Shown here piece after piece: positions 1 through 11,866 of a stretch of DNA of 64,000 nt. The stretch spans positions 15,293,918 to 15,357,917 of the forward strand of contig CM119270.1 in the NCBI GenBank assembly GCA_051294375.1. The letters are read 5' to 3'. The stretch comes from Paraspadella gotoi. Its lineage: Eukaryota; Animalia; Chaetognatha. Position 1 is the first letter of the stretch. Every line of letters starts with the position of its first letter. The notes below the pieces were generated by a model. The model was not told the origin of the DNA. It was given only the letters and a program-made list of their open reading frames with translations, and did not search any database. Both the position numbers and the translations under genes were made by a program.

Positions 1-66
1 GTATTTACTACTCTCTCTCTACTACTTTTAACCCCGCCTCGCACGCTCTCTACTCTCTCTCTCTCT

Positions 67-102
<36 letters not shown>

Positions 103-2078
103 TCATTTTTTGGCAATTTTATTCGAGATAAGAAAAAAGGAAAAAGGTCATGGGTTAACAAAAAAAGGAAAATCTTTCACCGAAGAAGAAAGAAAAGAAA
201 AGATAAAAAGAGAAAATAATTTTGGGGCAAAAAAAAAAAGAAAGAAAGAAAGAAAGAAAAAACTGGATTCCATCGGCGGAGGCCAATTTATTCCATCGCT
301 TTTTTCCTTTTTTGGTTATGACCGTAAATTGGAGAAAATGACTGGCGAAGGTCGGAAGGAGATGGAAGGAGATAGAAGAAGATGGAAGAAGATGGAAGGA
401 GAAATGGGAAGAGAGAGGGCGGTCAAGATTAAATCAGTGTATATGTTTTTATTAGCTAATAAATACCTTTAACTTTATTTAATAAGTGAATGTTATTTAA
501 AAATCATCTACATACATTATATTTTTTTCAACTTTGCTTGGTATCACGGAACAAACTCGGCAATTTAGTTCCAGAATACTTTCAATTTTAAGGAGATACG
601 TTTGACGTCGTTTGGCGATGAATATTCGTATATAAATACCATAATTTTTAAAATAGCTTTAGAATTATGTATATATCCTTTGAATTTTTTTTTGTTTGAA
701 AAAAAGGGAAAAAATCCCCCCCCAAGTTCCTCTTAAGTCTCGTCGAGTCCGTCAGTCCCTACATCTCTTTCTTTTTACCCAATGCTGAGTCCGTACATCC
801 GCCCATCGATACTGTCCGCCCCTCAGCCCGCCCCTTTCTGCCCGTCCCCGTCTCGCCAGCCCGTCGCCCCCGTTGCCCCCCCCCCTTCTCCTCATAATCC
901 ATCAAACGCGAAATCGGAGAAAAAAGAGAAACGAGGGACGAAGAGAGACAAAGAAGAATAAGGAAGGGAGAGGTGGCATGGTGGGAAAGTGGCACGGTGA
1001 GAAAGTGGCAGGGTGGCTTGAAGAGGAGACTAAGAAAAAAAATAAGTCGCGCAAACTCGAGAAAAAGGAATTTGCATTGAAAGGAGCGTAAAAATGAAAA
1101 CAGAAAGGGTGCCATATGTGATGGAACCGGGAATAAGGTTGCTGCAATTGCGTTTTTTTTTAGATTTTTAGAAAAGGTTTTTATTTATATAAATATTTAT
1201 GGTTATTGATAAGTGAGGAATTTTAAGCATTTTTGGGAAATAATAATAAATTTTGAAATTCTTAAATTCTTTTTGGATAAAATTTATTTTTTGCAAAGTT
1301 TTCTGAAATAATTTAATTTAATTCAAAAAAAGAATGCTTTCACTTTTGCAACAGGAATGAACCACTCTAATGAACACTGGGCAGCCCATGGCGTCAAAAA
1401 GACCGTAAAAGTGAAATGAGTCTCTTTTTTAACGGAGAAAAGATGGAATAGAAGGAGGAGGAGGAGGAGGCTAGAACGAGGAGGAGGAGAGGAGGAGGAG
1501 GAGGAAGAGGAATGAATAAAGAGAGGAGACAGTCAAGAAAAAAAATCAATATGGAGTAAATTCAGTTGGACACTGAAAAATTGAGAGAGAAATGGAAAAA
1601 AAATGTTGAAGATGGAAAGAAAAGAAATTAAGAAGGAAACTCACCCAAAGCGAGAAAAGCATCAAGAAAGAGGGGACGACATCGGTAAGTATGATGAGTA
1701 AGTTAAAAGTTGGAAAAGAAGCTGGTTTGTTTTGCAAGAAAGGCTAAGATTGAGCGTCTGAAGAGAGTTTTCTAAGGCAAATATTTTCGCCATCTTGAAT
1801 ACATAAGTAGATTAACTAAGAATTTAAAATATTTGATAATATTTTCAGTTTCACGAACAAAGAGGAACAGAACGAAAGAATAAAATAGTAGTGAAAAAAA
1901 TAATAATTAGATAATGTCTCATCTCATACGAGGTGATATTTTACAAAACAAAAAAAATATCATCAATGATTAGATATCATGAAATAAAAATAATTTATGA
2001 AAAGACTGAAAATGTTTTAACAATCTTTAACAAGTCGCTTTAGCAACGCAACAGTGAAAAAAAAATTAAAATATATAT

Positions 2079-2316
2079 TGTGGCGGTATACTACACCGCC
2101 TCTGTCGCACGCATCGTTCAGTACAATCCATTGGCTCAGAGGGGAACACACCATCCCAGGCGTAGTGTTCGCTATCCAGCAGTCCTAACACTTCCCTCTG
2201 GCGTTGGCAAGCGAAGACCGCCTAGGTAACCGCGCCAGTGATGGAGGCGTCACTGAAGTCGGAAGCCCCCAAAGCCAACAGTGAGATGCCCCATCCCAGG
2301 CAACCCGGCTGTTGCA
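2079..2316. mobile_element. Candidate solo LTR or small insertion
   Basis: 238-bp GC-rich block bounded by TG...CA, next to AT-rich sequence; internal ccatcccagg occurs twice; no clean target-site duplication. Confidence 0.25.
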
Positions 2317-2632
2317 TAATATTTCTATTTCCCCAAAGTGGACAAACGAATTCTTGTCGAAGAAAACAAAAAGAATTGGTTTCGCTCGCCAGGCTCTCAC
2401 CGTCGGCGCCGCCTGACGCGCGGCGGCGTGGCGAGGGCAGCTCCGGCAATGCTGGGGCGGCGCCGGAGTGGCAAAAGCGTCCGGCGTGGCGAAGGCAAGG
2501 AAGTTGTTTTGAATCTGTTCGCCTCGGATGATTTTAAAAAAACCTCTTTGAAGCAGAACCGCAACTGTCACTTTCTTGAGAAAGGGTCACGAGTTATCAA
2601 GGGTTTTTTGGGGGCGGTTGGTGAAAGGAGAG

Positions 2633-2686
<54 letters not shown>

Positions 2687-4283
2687 AAGAACCGAAAAGA
2701 AAGCGTTGACAAACTCGACCGTGTCGAAATTGTCATCGTCTCTCTCTCTCTCTCACTCGGTTTATAACCCTTCTCCTTATTTCTACTCTCTCTCTATCTC
2801 TTCGTCTCTCTCTCTCGTCGTCTCTCCTCATGAACTCATCCAAAGGCTAAATCGAGGTCGTCGTTTTCCCCCGCCAAAGGTCGATTCACCTCGAAATCTT
2901 TCAAAACTCACTTCGTCGAATGAAGTGATGTTTATGGAGACGCAATCGACGGCGACGCTAACGACGACGATGAGAACGACGATGACGACGACGACGACGC
3001 AGTGGAAATCGTTTCGCAAGTTGCCATGTTTGAGCAACTTCAAGCTATATTTTTCAAGTTTTGTTCTATAACATCTCTAAAAACAACAAAAGTAACAACA
3101 ATAACAACTACTCAACAACAACAAAACTAACAATTAACAAAAAACACAAACAACAAAAACAAGGACAACAACTAAAACGACGACGAAAACAAATACCACA
3201 ATAGAAACAACAACAGCCACAGTTACGTCATTCATTGCACCCACAACATCCACGTCAACAACAACAACAACAACAATGTGACGACGAGAATCCAATTCGC
3301 TGACCCACGGACAGAATTTTAAAAGGGATCAAAACAAGAGGTGGCGACATCTCATTCAGAGCCATAACGACGACAACAACAACAACGACAACACGTGACC
3401 GAAACGCGAGAAAAAAAATTGAAACATTTGTGAAATTGACCTCGTTGTTGTTGTTGTTGTGAAACGGCCAAACGTGAGCATCGAGGCGCAGATGCGTGAA
3501 GGAAAGGAGGGGAAGATGCAGAGTTGGTTATTTCGTGAATGATCCTTGCTCGGTGCAATTGGTAAAAAATAAAAGGGATAAAAAGAGACATATTTCTTGT
3601 AACCGGCTAAACCAAACAAAATCTGTCCAAACTCAGGGGCCAGATAGCTTATTTATTGAATGAATGGATAATTTTAAATAAGTTGTACCAAATTTCATAG
3701 TGGCTAAATATAGATAACTTAGAAAAAATGACTTTCTTATTACGTCCATGCATTCCTAGATGATCACGTGACATCACAAGTATGATCATCACAATGTGCT
3801 TTTTGAAAGTTAATTCCGGCGATGTCTGGTATGTATTAATTAAAATAACTAAATCTGCGAATTGAGAGTATTTATATGTGGACAGTGTAATAGAAGTAAT
3901 AAATGATAGAGTAAGATAGTAATAAGTATTAGTATCCGGAGCGTGGCCATAGGGCATAGTACAAGGTATTATATTAGTGGCGGTGAGAATTTTCAAATTT
4001 TCATCGACCGCTTTCTGAAAACTGGGGTAAAATAAAGGATATAGAAACCTCGAGGCCGACACCACTTGGCTCGCTCAGGCGTTATCCGCCTCGAACTGAT
4101 AAGAGGCCTTTTCCTCCTCCACCCGATTGAGCCAAGGGATTCTCCGAGTCACTTCTTTTCTAACCTCTCCCGGGACTATTCTGACCTTTTATTTACTCCA
4201 CTGCATTATACCTTTTGCTTTATATTTCTTCTCTTCACTTACTCTACTGATCAGGTAGATAGTTCGGACTTCTAGCTCACCAG

Positions 4284-4720
4284 TGGCGACCGATGTGGGG
4301 CTCGATCCCAGGTCCCCAGGAAACGATAAACGAAATAGAAAGTATTGAGACGGAGTATAGTTTTTTTTTCTCTCCCCTCTGTGAAAATTTTACTCCCCTT
4401 CTCTCCTTTTATACTCGCGTTTAGACTGACTCACTCGATCCTCGATAATTTGGAAATTCTCCAGCTCTCTGATTGGCCCTGACCCTGAGTTTTTGGACAT
4501 TCCCCAGCTCTCTGATTGGCCCTGAGAATTTGGAAATTCTCCCGCTCTTTGATTGGCCNNNNNNNNNNNNNNNNNNNNNNNNNGTGACCCTGAGTATTTA
4601 AAAATTTCCAGCTGTCTGATTAGCCCTGAGGATTTGGAAATTCTCCACCGCTCTCTGAATTGGCCTAGAGCCAGAGTTTTGGGACTTCTCGCAGCTCTCT
4701 GATTGGCCCTTAAAATTTCC
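4284..4720 (-). mobile_element. LTR-like segment: tandem CCAAT repeats, TATA box, CA end
   Basis: On the minus strand, about 6-7 imperfect 36-42 bp repeats containing GGCCAATCAGAGAGCTGGAGAATTTCC (4447-4715) are followed by TATAAAAGG (~4405-4413) and end ...TCGCCA-C-TGG. A noisy copy lies at ~17550-18060. Confidence 0.4.
4447..4715. repeat. Tandem repeat, unit ~36-42 bp (ttggaaattctccagctctctgattggccctgag)
   Basis: Directly visible, interrupted by a 25-N gap. Confidence 0.85.
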
Positions 4721-5581
4721 AGACCTCTCCCTCCTCTCTCTCGCTCCCCCTCCTCTCCTTATATTCATTCTCCAGTCCAGAAACAGATGTTTTTCTCATT
4801 TCTCAGTTTTGCCATTTTCGTCTCTCCTGATAAAATATTATGCTCGCCACTTTCTCAATAACTAGCGTTCCCTCAGTTTTTATTTGACTGTCTTGTTCTG
4901 GTCAGCCAATTTTTTACCGGTACTTTTTCGGCCAACTGCGATTTATTTGTGATCAAAACCGCAATTATTTTCGTTTTCAATTAATTCATGAACAACATGT
5001 TGAAACTCTCAGTTTTACGATTTTTTGATTGCCTATAATTATTATTAAACTATTAAATTGTTTGAACCAATTTCGTCCTTATTTCTTCTTAAAAAGTAAT
5101 CCTAGAACTCATCACGTTAAAACCCTTTGGACGGGCGACTTTTTAAAGCTAAAATTTCACAAAGCGTGAAGACAAAAAGTTCTTAAGAGTAAAAAACTAG
5201 ATAAACTGCTTAGTGGATTTTGGGCGTTTAAAATAATAAAAAAGAAATGACCTCGAAAACTGAAAAATTCGGTTGAATACGTTGATATCGGTGAGCTAAT
5301 GTCATTTAACGTAATTTTTGTTATGAAGAACTGAAAAATATCACAAAAAACATCAACAGACAAAAACAAAACAAACACAAACAAATCAATGAGAAAATTC
5401 CTGTTTGAAGAGAAACCAAAAGAACTTCATTGACGAATCTATTTCTGGTTCTTTGAAAATTAAAGATGAGGGGCTGAGTGTAACGAAACTCGACTCCGTA
5501 CAACCAAGAACTTCTGGAAAAGGAGCGAGCTCTCTTTTTTTAATTTCTGTTCAAAACACACAGAGAGAGAAGAAGAGAGAG

Positions 5582-5615
<34 letters not shown>

Positions 5616-5963
5616 CAAAGAATCTCTTCGCACAATAACTTTTAATTTCTTTTATTTTTTATGCTTTCACTTCTGTTTATAATTTTAAATATTACAATTT
5701 GCTTCAGGTGCTGAGAAGTATTACAAAAAACCTTGCAGAACATGCAACAAAATACAACAAAATCCTTTCAGATAATGGCAACAAACTTTCAAATCTTAAA
5801 AATAACAAACCGCGGGAATTTTCCTTACAAAAAAAAAGAAAGAATAAAAGAAAAAAAAGAGATTTAAAGCTAAAAGAGAAAAACGCTAGAGGATAATGGC
5901 CGCTATTTGTTGAGGAAAGGGCTCAACTTCCAATTCGTATGAACTTCAATTTTAAGAGAGAAG

Positions 5964-5999
<36 letters not shown>

Positions 6000-7297
6000 T
6001 TGAAATTTTAGGGTGTTTTGAAAAACGTGGAGAGTATTAATTAAGTAAAAGGAGGGCAATAAATCAAGAAAAGGTGAAGAAGGAGGAGAAACTAGGAAAT
6101 ATTGGGTCGGAGGCTGAAAGTGGAGACAGAGAGGAGAAAGAGGGAGACGTGGGAGGAGGGAGAGAACGAAGATGAGAGGAAGAGAAAAGAGGAGAGGAAA
6201 ATACAGGAGAGGAGAGGAAAAGAAGAAGGGAGAAGAAAGAAAACCAAAAACATAGAAAAGAAAAGAAAAAAAAAGAAAAGAAAGTCATCGTTTGTCGGAA
6301 AGGGAGAGAGGTAAGAGCACGAAAGAAAGGATAGAAGAGAAAAAGCGAACGAAAAGCACAAGAGCGAATCGGTCGGAAAGGTAAAAGGATTTGTGTTCAG
6401 CGAAGGAAGAACCATCAACGGATGGCGAGACGAGACCAAAGGGATTTTAAATGAGCTCCGAAATATGCGCGGTCAAAAGTTAAGTATGATGTCGATCTTT
6501 TTGCCTTCACATTAAAAATAATTTTCTTTCCTTCTTTAATTTCGATCAGATTCTTGTTTCTTTTTTTTGGGCTTTTGTTCAGGCAGACTCGTCTGGCATT
6601 CTCTTTGTCATCTTTTTATTCCAACTGCAAAGCGATCTATTCTTAGATATGATTTTAAATGAGATGGATTCTCTCAATCTCATTTACACTATTGTAGCAG
6701 CGTTTAATAATTTTAATTCTAGAATCGAATATCTAGTGTACGTTTAGGTAGAGAGGCATTTTTCCCTCATTAAACAACGCATCGTTCATTTTCTCTTTGC
6801 TAACCTCCGTTTCTGGTTAACATGCTTTTCTTGTTATGTAATGAACTTCAGCTTCTTTCATTCTTCTTTTCACTTTCTTTTCAGAATTCTTCACGTCAAC
6901 AATCGGTACTCGTCCACTAACTCATAAGTTACTCCTGCTTTCGTTAACTCTTTTGCGCCCTCTCCCTTCACCTTCCTACCTCTATTCTTTTTCCAACGCG
7001 CTCCCCTCCTCCCTCTCGTTCCATCCTCCCCCCCACCTCCCACCTCCCCACTCCCCTTCGTCTTCAATTACAGTTAATAGACTTTGAAGGATGAAAATCC
7101 GACAGTTTGACGCCGGAAACGAGTTCGCGGCCGAAAAAGATCCTCTTCTTTTCTCGGGTGAAGTCCGCTAGGCTCACCCTTTGTCGAGGTAAGTTTTTCT
7201 CCGTTGGCGCTCTGCTTGCGCGCTTAAACTAAATCCTCTTCGAATTGTTTTATCCCTGAAAGAACCTCGCTCTCCGTTTATCTATCTCCCTCCTCTC

Positions 7298-7332
<35 letters not shown>

Positions 7333-8608
7333 TCTATCTCTCTTCTCTCTCTCTCCTCTCTCCCGTCTCTCCTCTCTCTCTCTCTCCTCTCTTGCTCCCT
7401 CTCTCTCCTCTCTCTCTCTTCTCCTCTCTCTCTCTCTCTCCTCTCCCTCTCTTTCGCGGGTGACTCGTTTTTCTCGACCCTCGAAATCCGCGCAACGAAA
7501 TCCTCCTCATCGATTTCCGTCCTTCTCGAGTCAAACAGAAAGGTCTTTTCACCTTTCGCTGTGTGCGTCGTCGTCGTCGTCGTCGTCGTCGTCCGTTCGT
7601 CTTCGTCGCCATCACATCGCATCGTCTTCGTCGTGATTCATCGTCGTCATAATCTTCATCGCATCATCGTCGTCGTCTTCGTCGTTGGTTCATTGAGCGT
7701 CGTCGCTTTCGTCTCGTCCCTCATACTTCGATAAAACATCATTGTTCATGCGTCGTCGTCGTCTTCGTCGCATCATCGTCATGCGTCTCGTCGTGATTCA
7801 TCGTCGTCGTCTTCGTCGCCGTCGTCGTCGTCGTCCTCGTCTTTGTCGTCCTAGTTTTCGTCGCCGTCGTCGTCTCACTCGTCTTCGTCTTCGTTCATCG
7901 TCGTCGTCCTCGTCGTCGTCTCGTCGTCGTCCGCTCGTCGTCGTCCTCACTGACGTCGTCATCGATGTGTTTTTTTTTATGTCTGTTTATTATTTCTGTT
8001 GTTTTTTTCTGTGTTTTTGTTTTTTATTTTGGTGTTATCCGTGTTTTCGGATTTTTAATCATGAAAGAATTGTCGAAACTTCGAGGAAATTCGGTTTTAC
8101 TAATAATGAGGAACGACTAAGTATTAGTATAAATTATCTAAACGTGCCCCTTTTAAAAAAAAACGAACTGGGAACATCAAATTCTTATTCTTTTTTTTTT
8201 TTGAGAAAAAAGTATTAAACGAATCAGAAAATATAATAATACAATATACAAATTAAATTAGAATAATCATCTTTGATCTCCCAACAAATGCAAGTTTTGC
8301 AAAAGGAGTTTAACTCACCCAGTTTTAAAAAGTAAAAATCCTCAACCTTCTCTGCCTTACCCTCTCATCTCTGCAACTTTTTCCCCTCACCTCGACTCTT
8401 CTTCCCCCCCCCAAACAAAACAGGAGATTACCTTCGGCGTCGGATTCGGTTTTTGGAAATTTGGAGAGAAAATGGAGGAATTAAACTCAGATATCAGTAT
8501 TCAAATCTCAAATCGAGAATCTCTCTTCTTCGCACAAACGGTTGTGATATCCCTCCCTTCGAAAGAAAACTCAATGGCAAAGTGAAATCATCAATCAATC
8601 ATCATAAG

Positions 8609-8643
<35 letters not shown>

Positions 8644-8645
8644 CT

Positions 8646-8676
<31 letters not shown>

Positions 8677-9227
8677 CTCTCTCCTCTCTCGATTACGAAA
8701 TTTTTGTCTCTTGTTTTTTTAAGTTAAGCTAAACTTCACTCCTATACTTCTCTCTCTCCCTCCATTCTCTCTCTGTCTCTGAATCTCTCTCTCTGACTTT
8801 CACCGCATTTCTTCGCACACATACTCTCTATCTCTTTCCTCTCTCTCTCCTCGGCTCTCTCTCTCTATCTCTCTCTCTCTCACTCTTTTTCTCTTGTTTT
8901 TAAGTCTACAGACTTCACCATATAGCTTTGCTTTCTCCGCTCATTCTCTCTCTGTCTTCTGAATCTCTCTCTCTGACCTCATCGCATTCCTTTTACAAAG
9001 CACACTCACAACACAAACACACACACACCACACACAACACACACATCTCTCTCTTCCTCTCCTCCACTCCACATCTTCTGGAATCTCTCTCTCTTCGCAA
9101 ACAATCTCTCTCTCCCACACAATTCTCTCTCTCCCCTCTCTCTCTCTTCGTTTTCTGTCTCTCTCTCTCTTATTTTCCCTCTCTCTCTCTCCTCCTTCCT
9201 CTCTCCTCTCCTTCTCTCTCTCCTCTC

Positions 9228-9958
9228 TGATAAATATTATGCCTCGCCACTTTCTCAATAACTCGTTCCCTCAGTTTTTATTTGACTAGTCTTTTACTGG
9301 TTAGCCAACTTTTTTACTCGGTATTTTTTCTGGCCAACTCGAATTGTACTTGTGATACAAAACCGCAATTATTTTCGTTTTTCAATTTAATTCATGAACA
9401 ATGTTGAAACTCTCGTTTTACGATTTTTTTGATTGCCTATAATTATTATTAAATATTAAATTGTTCTGAACCAATTTCGTCCTTATTTCTTCTTAAAAAG
9501 TATTCTAGAACTCACGTTAAAACCCTTTGGACGGGCGACTTTTCAAAGCTAAAATTTCACAAGCGTGAAGACAAAAAGTTCTTAAGAGTAAAACTAGATA
9601 ACTGCTTATGAGGATTTTGGCGTTTAAAAAATAATAAAAAGAAATGACCTCGAAAACTGAAAAATCGGTTGAATACGTGATATCGGTGAGCTAATGTCAT
9701 TTAACGTAAATTTTGTTATCGAAGAACTGAAAAATATCAACAAAAAACATCAAACAGACAAAAACAAACAAACACAAACAAAAATCAATGAGAAAATTCT
9801 AGTTGAAGAAGAAACGCAAAAGAACTTCATTGACGAATCTATTTCTGGTTCTTTGAAAATTAAAGATGAGGGGCTGAGTGTAACGAAACTCGAACTCCGT
9901 ACAACCAAAGAACTTCTGGAAAAGGAGCGAGCTCTCTTTTTTTAATTTCTGTTCCGAA

Positions 9959-10014
<56 letters not shown>

Positions 10015-11834
10015 AGAATCTCTCGGCACAATAACTTTTTATTTTTTTTATTTTTTATCTTTCACTTTCTGTTTATAATTTAAATATTACAATTTGCTTC
10101 AGGTGGCTGAGAAGTAGTTTCACAAAAAATCCTTGCAGAAATGCAACAAAATACAACAAAATCCTTTCAGAAATGCAACAAAACTTTCAAAATCTTAAAA
10201 ATAAAAAACCGCGGGAATTTTTCCTTATAAAAAAAAGAAAGAATAAAAAGAAAAAAAAGAGATTTAAAGCTAAAAGAGAAAAACGCTTAGGGATAATGGC
10301 CGCTATTTGTTGAGGAAGGGCTCAACTCCAATTCGTATGAACTTCAATTTTAAGAGAGAGAGAGANNNNNNNNNNGAGAGAGAGATTGAAAATTTTAGGG
10401 TGTTTTGAAAACGTGGAGAGTATTATTAGATAAAAGGGAGGCAATAAATGACAAGAAAAGGTGGAAGAAGGAGGAGAAATTAGGAAATATTGGGTCGGAG
10501 GCTGAAAGTGGAGAAGAGGAGGAGGAAAGAGGGAGAGTGGGAGGAAGGGAGGAGAACAGAAGATGAGAGGAAGAGAAAAGAGGAGAGGAAAATAAAGGAG
10601 AGGAGAGGAAAAGAAGAAGGGAGAAGAGGAAAACGAAAAAATAGAAAAGAAAATAGAAAAGAAAAGAAAAGAAAAGAAAGTCAATCGTTTGTCGGAAAGG
10701 GAGAGAGGTAGAGCCAGAAAAGAAAGGATATAGAAGAGAAAGCTAAGGAAGAGCAAAGAAAAGGAAAATCGGTCGGTAAAAGGGGTACAAAGGAATTTGT
10801 GTGAATCAGAGAAAGGAAGAGCATAACGGATGGGAGAGAGAAAAGGGATTTATAAATTGAGCTGCCGCAAATATCGCGCGGCTCAAAAGTTAAGTATGAT
10901 GTTGATCTTTGCCTTCAATTAATATTTTTATCTTCCTTTAGTCGATCACGATTCTTTTCTCTTTTTTTTGCGCATTCTTGGTTTCCAGGCAAGACCTGTC
11001 TGGCATTTCTTCTGTCCAGCTTTATTACCAACTGAAAAGCGAATGTTATTATTAGATAGTGAGATTTTGAACTGAGATGAATCTCTACAATCTGCGAATT
11101 TACATATGGTAGTGGTTGTATATAATTTTGTAATTGTACCGAATCGAATATTTAGTTACTTTTTAGCATTAGCCGAGGTCTTTCGTTTGGAGAGCTAAAT
11201 TACACTGGTTCCTCTCAATTCCGCAACTGTCATCTACTGCGTACCCGTTTTTGTTAACAATGCTTTTCTTGTTATCTAACATCGAATTCAACTTCTTCCA
11301 TGTCTTGCTTTTCACTCTCCATTTAGATTCTTCACGTCAAAATTTTCGTTATCAGTCCATAACTCATAAGGTTACTTGCATGGGCCTTTGTTTTAACTTC
11401 TTTTGAGACACGCGCGCGCCCTCCTCCCTTCACCTTCCTACGTCTATTTATTTTCCAACCGCTCCTCCTGCCTCCTCCTCCTCCTCCCACCCTCCCTTCG
11501 TCTTCAATTACAGTTTAATCATAGACCTTTGAAGGATGAAAATCCCGACATTTGACCCGGAAAGAGTTCGCGGCCGCAAAAAAAGATCCTCTTCTTTCTC
11601 GGGTGAGTCCGCTCGGCGTCCACCCTTTGTCGAGGTAAGTTCTTCCCGTTGGCGCTTGCTTCGCGCTTAAACTGAATCCTCTTTCGAATTGTTTATCAGC
11701 CTGGAAAGAACCTCGCTCTCCGTTACTATCTCATCTCCCCTCTTCTTCTCTTCTCTCCGTCTCTCTCTCTGCTCCTCTCTCCTCTCTCTGCGTCTCTCTC
11801 CTTCTCTTCTGTCTCTCTCTTGCTCTTCTCTCTG

Positions 11835-11866
<32 letters not shown>

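Larger units (their letters stand above)
2640..9227 (+). repeat. Large duplicated block, copy 1
   Basis: Collinear with ~15290-23000; the part from 4828 onward is also collinear with 9228-13280. Confidence 0.9.

Noticed and set aside
4284-4315. Intact tRNA gene on the minus strand
   Set aside because: Only the T-arm/acceptor 3' end resembles a tRNA; no D arm or anticodon arm is visible.
5405-5638. ORF repeated in duplicate copies (KNFIDESISGSLKIKDEGLSVTKL)
   Set aside because: Recurrence is explained by the block duplication; no recognisable motif or convincing splice sites.
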